The translations under genes and the position numbers were made by a program. Positions 11,515 through 23,790 of a stretch of 64,000 nucleotides of DNA are shown here, one piece after another; position 1 is the stretch's first letter, and every line of letters begins with the position of its first letter. The stretch spans positions 1,570,131 through 1,634,130 of the forward strand of contig NC_134033.1 of NCBI RefSeq assembly GCF_964204645.1, read 5' to 3'. The notes beneath the pieces are model-generated. The model ran no database searches. It was not told the DNA's origin and saw only the letters and a program-made list of their open reading frames with translations. The DNA comes from Tubulanus polymorphus. Taxonomy: Eukaryota; Animalia; Nemertea.

Positions 11515-12478
11515 TACTAGTCATTTTTTGGTTAGTAGTAGTCACTAAGTTGTAGTCAGTGACTTGTAGTAGTCATTTTGTCATTAATAGTAATAGTATT
11601 GGTGACTCTGTAGCAGTCACTCAATCACAGCAGTCATGATCAGTAGTAGTCAGTAAGTCTTTATAAGTCAGTTGTAGTAGTCATTTTTTGGTTAATAGTA
11701 GTCACTAAGTTGTAGTCAGTGACTCGTAGTAGTCATTTTGTCATTAATAGTAATAGTATTGGTGACTCTGTAGCAGTCACTCAATCACAGCAGTCATGAT
11801 CAGTAGTAGTCAGTAAGTCTTTATAAGTCAGTTGTAGTAGTCATTTTTTGGTTAATAGTAGTCACTAAGTTGTAGTCAGTGACTCGTAGTAGTCATTTTG
11901 TCATTAATAGTAATAGTATTGGTGACTCTGTAGCAGTCACTCAATCACAGTAGTCATGATCAGTAGTAGTCAGTAAGTCTTTATAAGTCAGTTGTAGTAG
12001 TCATTTTTTGGTTAGTAGTAGTCACTAAGTTGTAGTCAGTGACTCGTAGTAGTCATTTTGTCATTAATAGTAATAGTATTGGTGACTCTGTAGCAGTCAC
12101 TCAATCACAGTAGTCATGATCAGTAGTAGTCAGTAAGTCTTTATAAGTCAGTTGTAGTAGTCATTTTTTGGTTAGTAGTAGTCACTAAGTTGTAGTCAGT
12201 GACTCGTAGTAGTCATTTTGTCATTAATAGTAATAGTATTGGTGACTCTGTAGCAGTCACTCAATCACAGCAGTCATGATCAGTAGTAGTCAGTAAGTCT
12301 TTATAAGTCAGTTGTAGTAGTCATTTTTTGGTTAATAGTAGTCACTAAGTTGTAGTCAGTGACTCGTAGTAGTCATTTTGTCATTAATAGTAATAGTATT
12401 GGTGACTCTGTAGCAGTCACTCAATCACAGTAGTCATGTTCAGTAGTAGTCAGTAAGTCTTTATAAGTCAGTGACTCG
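11515..12478. repeat. 160-bp tandem satellite, about 6 copies
   Basis: gtcactaagt recurs at 11541, 11701, 11861, 12021, 12181 and 12341. The unit is built from gtagtca-like sub-repeats. Confidence 0.95.
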
Positions 12479-12714
12479 GTCGTAGTAGTCAGTTGAAAGT
12501 CGATCAGTCGATAAATTGATAATCAGCTCAATTGAGTTCAGATTATTCGAAAAACCGTCGATCGATATCTCGGCATTTTCTTAAACCGATTTTTTCTAAA
12601 ACAATATTTTGCGTGTCAAACGTTTTTTCGACGTGTTCGCCTCGTCGATATTTTCTAATTTTCAGCAATTTGAGTAAAAATTACTCTTTGCGAAAATTGC
12701 AGTCAATTTTCCAA

Positions 12715-13030
12715 GTGCAGATACTATTAGGTACAGGTGCAGATCCTTTTAGGTACAGGTGCAGATCCTTTTAGGTACAGGTGCAGATGCTCTCAGGTAC
12801 AGGTGCAGATCCTTTTAGGTGCAGGTGCTGTTAGGTGCTTGGTACATATGTATTCAGGTACTAAGTATGCATATGACCAGTTGTACACATGGCTGGGTGT
12901 GCGCATGGCTGGATGTACACATGGCTGGGTGTGCACATGACTAGGTGTACATATGACTAGGTGTGCACATGGCTGGATGTACACATGGCTGGGTGTGCAC
13001 ATGACTAGGTATATACGTGGCTAGGTATTC
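12715..13030. repeat. 22-bp (ggtacaggtgcagatcctttta) and 16-bp (ctrggtgtrcacatgr) minisatellites
   Basis: Direct tandem copies at ~12715-12830 and ~12870-13030. Confidence 0.8.
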
Positions 13031-14434
13031 TTGTGACTAGTCAGACTCTGTATTCTGTTTTACTAGTTGCTATCATTGTTTCTATGGTTGGGCTACCTCT
13101 CGGAGTTACTAGTCATATCTCGATATGAATCGTACGGTGCTGGGTTGATGGCCGCAGATCCGGGCCTTCCGGAGATAAACTCGTACGAAACATACATCCC
13201 ATTCTTCCATAGCTGGCAATGGCGTATTTCCGTCGGAAGTGACGGAATAGGAGGTATAAAATCTCCCGAGGCTGTAGCACGAGGCATAAGACCTCCCGAG
13301 GCTGCAGTAGGAGGCCCGAGATCTTGGCCCCCCTCTTCCTACCTTTTTTTTTATAGTTTAGGTTTAGTGATAGTTTAGGCTTTATTATTACAATTTTAAG
13401 GAGTTCGGTTTTTTTTCTTTTTTTTTCTTATCTAACATAAGTCTTATATTTTTCTGTCTGTGGTAGATTTTTTTGCCTCGAGTTTGGTCTTGATATGATA
13501 GTGAAACGGTGCAGTCTAAATGAACTAGCTTTTATATCCATTTTATGCTGTATTGAAAGATAGAAAAAGAATCTACTCTAGTTGAATAAGAGACAAGAGA
13601 CTCCATTTTTTTCATTTCTAACAATGTGTTTCCAATTTTTTCAAGCCGACAAATTATAATTTTGATCATTTGGAAAATATTTCAGTATTTAGGCGTGAAA
13701 GGTGTAGGCTAATTTCTGAACTTAATTTATTTTTGATTTATTTAAAAAAATTGAGTCTATTGTTCTCCCTATTAGACTTGTTGACAATTCTTCCATACAG
13801 TGTAAAATGGATTATAAGAAACAATGTTTTATTCAGAGTACACAGTTTCACTTGTCGTTTAAGCCCAAGTTGAGGCAAGTGTTCAAATGATTCAAGGAAA
13901 TATCCGAAAAAATCGATCCCAGACAAAATATATTAGGTTAAATTAGGTTTAACTTAGGCAAAATTCTAGGCAAAATTTTTTCTGCGTCGGGAACTACTGA
14001 GAATGTTTTGATATTTTAGAAAATTTTTGAAATAATCATTATTAAGATTGGTCTTCTTTTGTTTTTTCTCAGAAGAACGTAATTGAAAATTTGAAATAGA
14101 TTTGGAGTTCGGATTTCATAACAATTCGTGATGTTTCGATCCTAGGCAAAGTTAAACAAAAACGTTTGGAAACTCGTTTAAGGAGTTGATACTTTTTTGT
14201 GAATCCATTAATTGAATGAAATATTCGAAATTAATTTCAACGTTTCAATTACGAAGCTTCTCTTAGTATGTGTGTGCGTGTGAATGTTGTATACAGTGAA
14301 TGTTGGTTCTGTTTTTGCGAGAATGATTGTTAGTTCTTCACGCGTGTCGTCTGAACCCATTAAACCCTGGGATGGGGTGTAGGGACATGGTTGAGGATGG
14401 GTTCGGGTTGTGGGGGTGGTTGGTATTCCTATGT

Positions 14435-14516
14435 GGGCCCAGTTTCACGAAGATATTCAGTTTAGGATTGAGTTAGAACCAATCATTGTCAAATTATACT
14501 CCGTGAAACTGGGTTC
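14435..14516. mobile_element. Short MITE, GGGCCCAGTTTCAC TIR family
   Basis: gggcccagtttcacg...cgtgaaactgggttc. Another copy lies at 57156-57285. Confidence 0.6.
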
Positions 14517-14739
14517 GTTGCTCTTTAGACCATTCTTAAAAATCATATAGCAAAAATATTCAAAATTTGTCACAATATTTTCAGAAATTCCTGATTTTTT
14601 TCCAAACACTTTTTTAGGTATTTCGTTTTCTTAGGTTTTTTTTTCTTAGACTTTTTTTTGTAGGCCCTCCCCATTTATCTTGGCACGTAGATTCTTGGTA
14701 TTTTCACTTAGTATAACTGGATATTGCATCCCTAGTTTT

Positions 14740-15178
14740 GGCTCCCTCTTTCCTCTACCCTCTACCCTGCTCCTCCTCTCTCTTCTTTTCCTCCTCCCTT
14801 CCACGTTTCTTGCCTCTCTCCTTTACCATCCTCTCCTTACCCTAACCCTCTTCCTCTCATCCTCTCCCATACCTGATCCTCCCTCTCTCCCTTTCCTCTT
14901 CACATCCTCTTCCCTACCCTGCCCTAATGTCTTCTCTCTATGCTCTGCCCTCCTCTTTCACTTCCTCTTGTCCTCCCTCCCTGCATCCCTCCCTCCCTGC
15001 ATCCCTCCCTCCCTGCATCCCTCCCTCCCTCCCTCCCTCCCTCATATCCTCTTCTCTTTATACTCTGCCCTCCTCCTTACCTCTTTTCTATCTCCCTCTT
15101 ACTCCCATTTCTGCTCCCCTCCCAAATTCTCCCATAGTCCTGCCCTATTCCCTCCCTGGTCTACCCACTCCCCTCTAA
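14740..15178. repeat. Polypyrimidine (CT-rich) low-complexity tract
   Basis: Almost purely C/T, with (ccct)n runs. Confidence 0.9.
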
Positions 15179-15477
15179 ATTGTTGCTGAGCTTTTACTCA
15201 GGTCCACGTTGCCGGTGCAGATATCAAGTATTTACGCCCAACACGCGCCGCGAGCACGCATTCAGCCAGCAATATGGGAAGATGTAAGAGGGTTTTCAAA
15301 AGCGGGTATTCTGGTTGGTCTGGATATGGTCACCTTCCTGGTTAGACCGCTACGATTCACGGGATATGTCCAGTAACTCCCCAGAGGTTTCTCCAACCCT
15401 CTGGAAACAATGATAACAACTATTAAAACACGAATGCAGTCTCTGACTAGTCACCTGAATACTTAGTCAGGTGTATA

Positions 15478-15725
15478 CCTAGTCATGTGTATGTCTAGTC
15501 ATGTGTGTATCTAGTCATGTGTATGTCTAGGTATGTGTATGTCTAGGCATGTGTATGTCTAGGCATGTGTATGTCTAGGCATGTGTATGTCTAGGTATGT
15601 GTATGTCTAGGTATGTGTATGTCTAGGTATGTGTATGTCTAGGCATGTGTATGTCTAGGCATGTGTATGTCTAGGTATGTGTATGTCTAGGCATGTGTAT
15701 GTCTAGGCATGTGTATATTTAGTCA
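15478..15725. repeat. 16-bp minisatellite (ctaggcatgtgtatgt)
   Basis: About 15 copies. It is an inverted relative of the 12870-13030 array. Confidence 0.9.
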
Positions 15726-15832
15726 CATGTATACTTAGTTATTCTTATAAAGGTACATTCTCAAATTATAGACACCAAATTATTTTTTTCGATTTTTGCT
15801 ATGCATCCGTTTACGATGTGCGGATTATACCG

Positions 15833-16153
15833 TATGGTTCCCACAGAACAGGGAAATTGGGAAAAACTTGGGAATTTTGTAATAATAATTCCCGGTTTGG
15901 AAATATTTGGGAATTTGAAAAAAATTTTCCTTATATCAGGAAAATACTTGGGAAATTCATTATATTTCACATGTTGTATTTGCCAAGGGCGACTTTCTTC
16001 AGCAGTTTCCCTTGAAAATCACCTTTATCAACCAGTCACCGCTAAAATGTTGACTGTTGCATGACGATATGTGTTCATTGCCATTTGGGAAAATTGAAAA
16101 ATCACCCATGAAATACTTGGGAATTCTGAATTCATATAACTGAGGGAACCGTG
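15833..16153. mobile_element. MITE with CAYGGTTCCC-type TIRs
   Basis: tatggttcccacag...ctgagggaaccgtg, with internal 'gaaatacttgggaa' sub-repeats. Confidence 0.6.
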
Positions 16154-16344
16154 ATACCAGCATGAAAATGTTTTTTGCTTCTCACTCTCAAGTTTTGTCA
16201 GTATTTGAGATAATTTAGGATTTCTTTTGATACATAATCTTCTGATTATCGGTCGAACAGGAAAGTGTAATTGATAACGGATAGAGCGAGATAGTTTTAC
16301 AACTCCCCCTCCCACTGCCAAGGTTCAGATGAAAGAGATCGAAA

Positions 16345-17553
16345 AATAACCACAACTAGAAATCATTGTGATCTTGAAAGTATTTTGATATTTCAAAGCT
16401 CTTAAAAATGGAGGCACTACTCTCAAAGTCGTTATCAGATCTGGAATACCACTAACTCAGTAAATAATTCAAACTTACTCGACGGCATTGTAGCCGCGGG
16501 GAGCGGCGCAGTTGCGGTATCTCGTCTCTCTGGAAAAAACAAAACGATCAACATTGATTAAATCATCGAAACATTAAATGATTTCTTACTGTTTGGAGAA
16601 TTCGGTATCAGAATAACTTGGTAGGACCGGAAAGGTTCAGGGATTCTACATGTGAATAGCTCGGTAGGACCGGAAAGGTTCAGGGATTCTACATGTGAAT
16701 AGCTCGGTAGGACCGGAAAGGTTCAGGGATTCTATATGTGAATACCTCGGTAGGACCAGAAAGGTTCAGGGATTCTATATGTGAATAGCTCGGTTCAGGG
16801 ATTCTATATGTGAATAGCTCGGTAGGACCGGAAAGATTCAGGGATTCTATATGTGAATAGCTCGGTAGGACCGGAGAGATTCAGGGATTCTATATGTGAA
16901 TAGCTCGGTAGGACCGGAAAGGTTCAGGGATTCTTATATGTGAATAGCTCGGTAGGACCAGAGATTCAGGGATAATTCTTTTTCCGATGCAAATTTTGAA
17001 AACAATAAAATATCCTCATAATCATTGGTGAACCACAATGATAATAATCTACATGACTTAAAACAGGAAATAATGGTCAAGTCTTCATGAATAACCATGA
17101 ACTGTGGGTGCAGAGACGCGAAAATCACTTGAAAAGTGGTTTGAACGCTCGGACAACTGGAAACATTTAAAAATTTGTCAGTTTTTACCATAGTTTATCA
17201 TTGTTACAATGGTGGTTGTCACCTATGTTGAGGATTTACCGCTAGGGGCAACATTGAAACCCGGTCTATGAAATCGGGCCAAGGTTGAGGATTTACCCCT
17301 AGGAGAAAATGATGTGGTCTATAAAACCCTGCCCAGATTATCGAACTTAAAATGATTTGACGCAAATCAAACTTACTTTCACGGCACCAACGCGGGCTCT
17401 TTTCGATGAGATGATGCTTACCTCCCGTAACTCCCCCTCCCACAGCCGCCCGTCCACGCGACGGGACCACCTCTGCGCAGCAGGGTGCGGCTGCCGGAGG
17501 GTCCGCTGCCTAGGGCGCCTAACTGGGAAGGCAGCAGCTGGAACGGGGTCTGC
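16345..17553 (-). pseudogene. Inverted, rearranged partial paralog of the micro-exon gene
   Basis: Minus-strand order: 3' half of exon 17 with its donor (17553-17421), an exon-12-like fragment (SKRARVGAVK|gtaagt, ~17405-17377), intron-12 sequence, the 43-bp array, then an intact exon-14 copy at 16529-16479 (RDEIPQLRRSPRLQCRR). Confidence 0.7.
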
Positions 17554-18249
17554 ATTCGTTTATCTAGAGATCTGCATCAATTGGTGACATTGAGAATTCT
17601 TTCCTTCAGGTCGGCCAATTTTAAGTCTGCCGGCCTTTTCCTATTATAACTTTGTTACCCGCACCCAAATTTTTATTAGGGAATAGAGAAATGTATCTGG
17701 GCTCTTCCCGGTGACCATTGAGTCGTCTCGGCTGTGTTACAAATAGCTTAGTTTCTTCTGTCATTCAACGTGCAGAAGTTGCGAGCGCGATAATTAGTTA
17801 AAACAAAGCGTAAAGAGGAGGCAGCCATTATATAACGTAGGAAGAAAAAGTATAATTAGACTTCGATAATTTTGCAAAATGATTTATTTCATTAGAATTG
17901 AAATGGAGACGTTCATTACCAATTCGGAGCAAACTTAGATTAAAATCTAGCAAAATTAGATTACGATTGAAATGGACGTTCATAACCGTATTTCCAAATG
18001 GGTTTTACTTCCCTGAATTTAGCTGTGTCGTTATTAAGACTGTCGTTGAAACTATTGTTTTCTGTATGAATTCTGCGCCGTTTACTATTTCCTCCGTGAA
18101 GGGCGGACAACGTTATAGTTCGATTCAAATGCGGTAGAATCTTATGGTTTTTGTGTGGTGTCTATAATTTGAGAATGTGCGTATCTAACACTTATTTTTG
18201 TATCAATACCCGGTTAATGATCCATCGGTTATTATCATACAAATCTTTT

Positions 18250-21200
18250 TTCACTTTGGGATAAGTTGAATACCGCCCCAGTTTAGTAATACAAGAATCT
18301 TCTTTTTGAAGTAAGATAAACTGCACCTGTTGGAATCACTTTGGGGTAAGATTTAAGCTATCAACCCCTGTTTAGCGATACATGAATCTGTACTTTGTGC
18401 TAATATAAGCTTTTCACTTTTGACCTATATAAACTGCACCTGTAAAAATATTTCCACTTTGGGGTAAGATAAGCTACCCCTGTTAGAATCTCTTCTCTTT
18501 GGGGTAAGATAAACTACCCCTGTTAGAATCTTTTTATTATTAGGGTGACCACCTGTTAGAATCTCTTTGGGGTACGACGGAATACCCCTGTTAGAATCTC
18601 CTTTCTCTTTGGGGTAAGATAAACTACCCATGTTTATTTTAGTAATACAAGAATCTTTTTGGGTAAAAGATCTATATACTGCTCCTGTAAGAGTAAGAAT
18701 CCCTTCTCTTTTGGGGTAAGATAAACGCTACAAACCCTGTTTAGTAATACATGAATCTTTTCTTTTTGGGGAAAGATAAAATGTTCATGTAAGAGTCTAT
18801 TCTTACTTTGGGGTAAGATAAACTACCCCTGCAAGAAATTTTTCTGTTGAGGTAAGATAAATTTAACCCCTGTAAAAATGTTTCACTTGGGGTAAGATAA
18901 GCTTGATGTATGTTAAGTACCCTTGAGGAGAGGTATGGCTAACTAGATGAGTTCAAACCCCAAACAATCCTCTCTGGGGTAAGACATACTTCCCCTGTGA
19001 GTATCTTTGGGGTAAGATAAGCTACAACCCCTGTTTATTCAGTGAATCTTCTCTTTGGGGTAAGATAAACTACCCTGTTTATTCAGTGAATCTTCTCTTT
19101 GGGGTAAGATAAACTATTCCTGTAAGAATCTGTTTATTTTGGGGGAAAACAAACTGCTCCTGTAAGAATCTCTTCTCTTTGGGGTAAGATAAGCTACCCC
19201 TGGAAAAATGTTTTCATTTTGGGGCAAGATAAACTGCTCCTGTTAGAATCTCTTTGCCCTGTGGGGTAAGATAAACTACCCCTGTTAGAATCTCATTTCT
19301 CTCATAAGCAGCAACATTTCTTAGAAAAATATCCATCGTAAAAATACAAGACAAACTGTTCCTGTATCTTTTCTTCACTTTGGGGTAAGATGAGCTACCC
19401 CTGTAAGAATCATATCACTTTGGGGTAAACTACTCCTAGAATCTCATTTCTCCTACGGGTAAGATAAATATAACATTATTAATAAAAGAAAAACTTGTCA
19501 GAATCTTTTCTTCACTTTGAGGTAAGACAGGCTACAACCCCTGTAAAAATGTTTCACTTGGGGTAAGATAAGCTTGGTGTATGTTATGTATAGCTATCCT
19601 TGAGGAGAGGTAAGGCTTACTAGTTTGAGCTCAGTCTGTGAGTTCAAACCCCGATCTTCTTTTCGGGGTAAGATAAGCTACCCCTGTAAGAATCTGTTTA
19701 CTTTGGGGTAAGATAAATATAACCCCTATTTATTTAGTAATACATGAATCTTCTCTTTGGGGTAAGATAAACTGCCCCTGTAAGAATCTGTTTACTTTGG
19801 GGTAAGATAAACTACCCGTGTAAGAATCGCTTTTACCTTTGGAGTAAGATAAACTACCCCTGTAAGAATCTCTTTTCTCTTTGGGGTAAGATAAGCTATC
19901 CCTGTAAGAATCATTTTACTATGGGGTAAGATAAACTACCCCTGTAAGAATCATTTACCTTTGGAGTAAGATAAACTACCCCTGTAAGAATCTCTTTTCT
20001 CTTTGGGGTAAGATAAGCTACCCCTGTAAGAATCTTTAACCTTTGGAGTAAGATAAGCTATCCTTGTAAGAATCATTTTACTATGGGGTAAGATAAACTA
20101 CCCCTGTAAGAATCTGTTTACTTTGGGGTAAGATAAGCTATCCCTGTGAGAATCATTTTACTATGGGGTAAGATAAGCTACCCCTGTAAGAATCTTTTAC
20201 TTTGGAGTAAGATAAGCTATCCCTGTAAGAATCATTTTACTATGGGGTAAGATAAACTACCCCTGTAAGAATCTTTAACCTTTGGAGTAAGATAAACTAC
20301 CCCTGTAAGAATCTCTTTTCTCTTTGGGGTAAGATAAGCTACCCCTGTAAGAATCATTTTACTATGGGGTAAGATAAACTGCCCCTGTAAGAATCTTTAA
20401 CCTTTGGAGTAAGATAAGCTATCCTTGTAAGAATCATTTTACTATGGGGTAAGATAAACTACCCCTGTAAGAATCTGTTTACTTTGGGGTAAGATAAGCT
20501 ATCCCTGTGAGAATCATTTTACTATGGGGTAAGATAAACTACCCCTGTAAGAATCTTTTACTTTGGAGTAAGATAAGCTATCCCTGTAAGAATCATTTTA
20601 CTATGGGGTAAGATAAACTACCCCTGTAAGAATCTCTTTTCTCTTTGGAGTAAGATAAGCTGCCCCTGTAAGAATCTTTTACCTTTGGGGTAAGATAAGC
20701 TATCCCTGTAAGAATCTTTTACTTTGGAGTAAGATAAGCTACCCCTGTAAGAATCTTTTACTTTGGAGTAAGATAAGCTACCCCTGTAAGAATCTTTTAC
20801 CTTTGGGGTAAGTAAGCTATCCCTGTAAGAATCTTTTACCTTTGGGGTAAGATAAGCTATCCCTGTAAGAATCTTTTACTTTGGAGTAAGATAAGCTATC
20901 CCTGTAAGAATCTTTTACCTTTGGGGTAAGATAAGCTATCCCTGTAAGAATCTTTTACTTTGGAGTAAGATAAGCTACCCCTGTAAGAATCTTTTACCTT
21001 TGGGGTAAGATAAGCTATCCCTGTAAGAATCTTTTACTTTGGAGTAAGATAAGCTATCCCTGTAAGAATCTTTTACCTTTGGGGTAAGATGAATATAACC
21101 CCTATTTATTTAGCAATACATGATCTTCTCTTTGGGGTAAGATAAACTACCCCTGTCAGAATCTTTTACTTTGGAGTAAGATAAGCTACCCGTGTAAGAA

Positions 21201-21780
21201 TCTTTTACTTTGGAGTAAGATAAACTACCCCTGTTAGAATCTTTTTTCTCTTTGGAGTAAGATAAGCTACCCCTGTAAGAATCTTTTACTTTGGAGTAAG
21301 ATAAGCTATCCCTGTAAGAATCTTTTACCTTTGGGGTAAGATGAATATAACCCCTATTTATTTAGCAATACATGATCTTCTCTTTGGGGTAAGATAAACT
21401 ACCCCTGTCAGAATCTTTTACTTTGGGGTAAGATAAACTACCCCTGTGAGAAATTTTTACTTTGGGGTAAGATGAATATAACCCCTATTTATTTAGTAAT
21501 ACATGAATCTTCACTTTGGGGTAAGATGAGCTACCCCTGTCAGAATCATTTCACTATGTGGTAAGATAAGCCACCCCTGTTAGAATCTCATTTTTCCTAC
21601 GGGTAAGATAAATATAACATAAGAAATACAAGACAAGCTGCTCCTGTAAGAATCTTTTACTTTGAGGTAAGATGAATATGACCCCTATTTATATTTATTT
21701 AGTAATACATGGATCTTCTCTTTGGAGTAAGATAAGCTCCACAAGAATCATTTCTTCACTTTGGGGTAAGATAAACTATA
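18250..21780. repeat. ~40-bp satellite (ttggggtaagataarctacccctgtaagaatcttttact), ~3.5 kb
   Basis: Dozens of 39-42-bp monomers. The core at ~19660-21080 is homogeneous and the flanks are degenerate. Confidence 0.95.
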
Positions 21781-22026
21781 ATCCCCTATATATAAAAATG
21801 CCGAGATATTCGTTTCATTAATTGGTAGTAATTGTTAATGAGTTTACAGTACGATGCAGTTATTCATGTTAAAAGTTCAGGCATTAGCCTTTCTCTATGT
21901 ATGAAGTTGCACTCGCTTTCTGCATCTTATCCAGGAATATTTTCAATATTTTTGATGTAAGTATGTTTACAACATACTCACTACAACTAAACCAAGCTTT
22001 TATCTTGGATGTAAAACTAAGTGTGT

Positions 22027-22565
22027 TCGTTAGTTCAAAGAGTATGACTACTCATTCGTTAATTCAAGTATACGACTACTCATTCGTTAGTTCAAGTATA
22101 CGACTACTCATTCGTTAGTTCAAGTATACGACTACTCATTCGTTAGTTCAAGTATACGACTACTCATTCGTTAGTTCAAGTATACGACTACTCATTCGTT
22201 AGTTCAAGTATACGACTACTCATTCGTTAGTTCAAGTATACGACTACTCATTCGTTAGTTCAAGTATACGACTACTCATTCGTTAGTTCAAGTATACGAC
22301 TACTCATTCGTTAGTTCAAGTATATGACTACTCATTCGTTAGTTCTAGTATATGACTACTCATTCGTTAGTTCAAGTATACGACTACTCATTCGTTAGTT
22401 CAAGTATATGACTACTCATTCGTTAGTTCAAGTATATGACTACTCATTTGTTAGTTCAGGTATACGACTACTCATTCGTTAGTTCAAGTATACGACTACT
22501 CATTCGTTAGTTCAAGTATACGACTACTCATTCGTTAGTTCAAGTATACGACTACTCATTCGTTA
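22027..22565. repeat. 28-bp minisatellite (gactactcattcgttagttcaagtatac)
   Basis: About 19 near-perfect copies. Confidence 0.95.
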
Positions 22566-23790
22566 TTTCGTAGGTCAAATTAGTTGACTACGTGTGTTTT
22601 GCTGCTGGTTACCCTTTTTTTGCCTTCGATCTATCTGAAGATACCTTCGCCTCTTCCATGCTCTCCTCTGTCCGTGCTTCACTGCTTCTGCGCTGTTCCA
22701 CGGTTTATGCTGCGGCGCTGTGATCTGAGCCTCTGTCGACTGTATGCGTCTGCTTTTGCCAGTAAGTACCCTTTTATTTTTTTGGTGGGTCCCGGGATGT
22801 TTTTTATCGATTTTTTCTCCGCTGCGGAACATTGCCAAGTCACTTTTTTGAACTCGATAAATTGGCGTGAGCCTCGGGATAATGATGATAATTATCATCA
22901 TCCGAATATGTGTTGCAGTGTTGCGACACTTTAACTGTGGACCGTTGATGGTCTTTATATATATTATTACTGATCTTTATGTGGCTTGGCAATTAGATCT
23001 AGTTGGGGGCCCTTGGACTTCAAAATGTTTTGGGGGGCCCCACCCACCCGTTATAACAATGTGATGATGAGGTCAACTATATATATTTTCATCTATTTCA
23101 CAATGAAATAGATTGCTAAAGGTTTATGGTTTTCCTGAAACCATATTTCATTAGCAGTTTAACTGCCATCTTATGTAAAAAGTCTTAAAATCTGATCTAA
23201 TGTTGAATACAGAGTTTTGCTGTACTCTGATATTTTGCGATGAAATAGATTGCTGAAGGTTTGCAGTTTTTACTGAAACCAGATTTCATTGAGATTTTTT
23301 TCCCTTCGATCTATAGTTTTTACTGAAACCAGATTTCATTGAGATTTTTTTCCCTTCTGAAGATACCTTCGCCGTTTTTTACTGAAACCAGATTTCATTA
23401 CGCAGTATAACTGCCATCTTATGTAAATAGATTCAATAATACAAACTGACTTAATGTTTAGATCAGTTGTAACTGAGGGCGTAACCTTGGTATTTTTACT
23501 GTACATGAAAACATTCCTGTGAAGAAATGTTTTACCCTGTTAACTTTTTAATATTGATATCGCGATAAACTTGTTCCTCTCATATTATCACATTTTACCC
23601 GCCCGATATAGGATTCTTGTTTATTTGGTTCAGGGATATACCACGGGTTAGTTGAGGGATTTTTATGCCGCAGTGGAGCTTTATTGTAATCATAAATGGT
23701 TTTTGTTCGATTATATTTCGTAAAAGGCTTTACCCGGACCATCCTTTTACTTGTCTCGATTCGTCGTCGTCGTCGAACCCGGATCCGCTA

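Noticed and set aside
22027-22565. CRISPR-like appearance of the 28-bp (and 29-, 44-bp) arrays
   Set aside because: Repeats are head-to-tail without unique spacers, there are no cas genes, and the context is eukaryotic.
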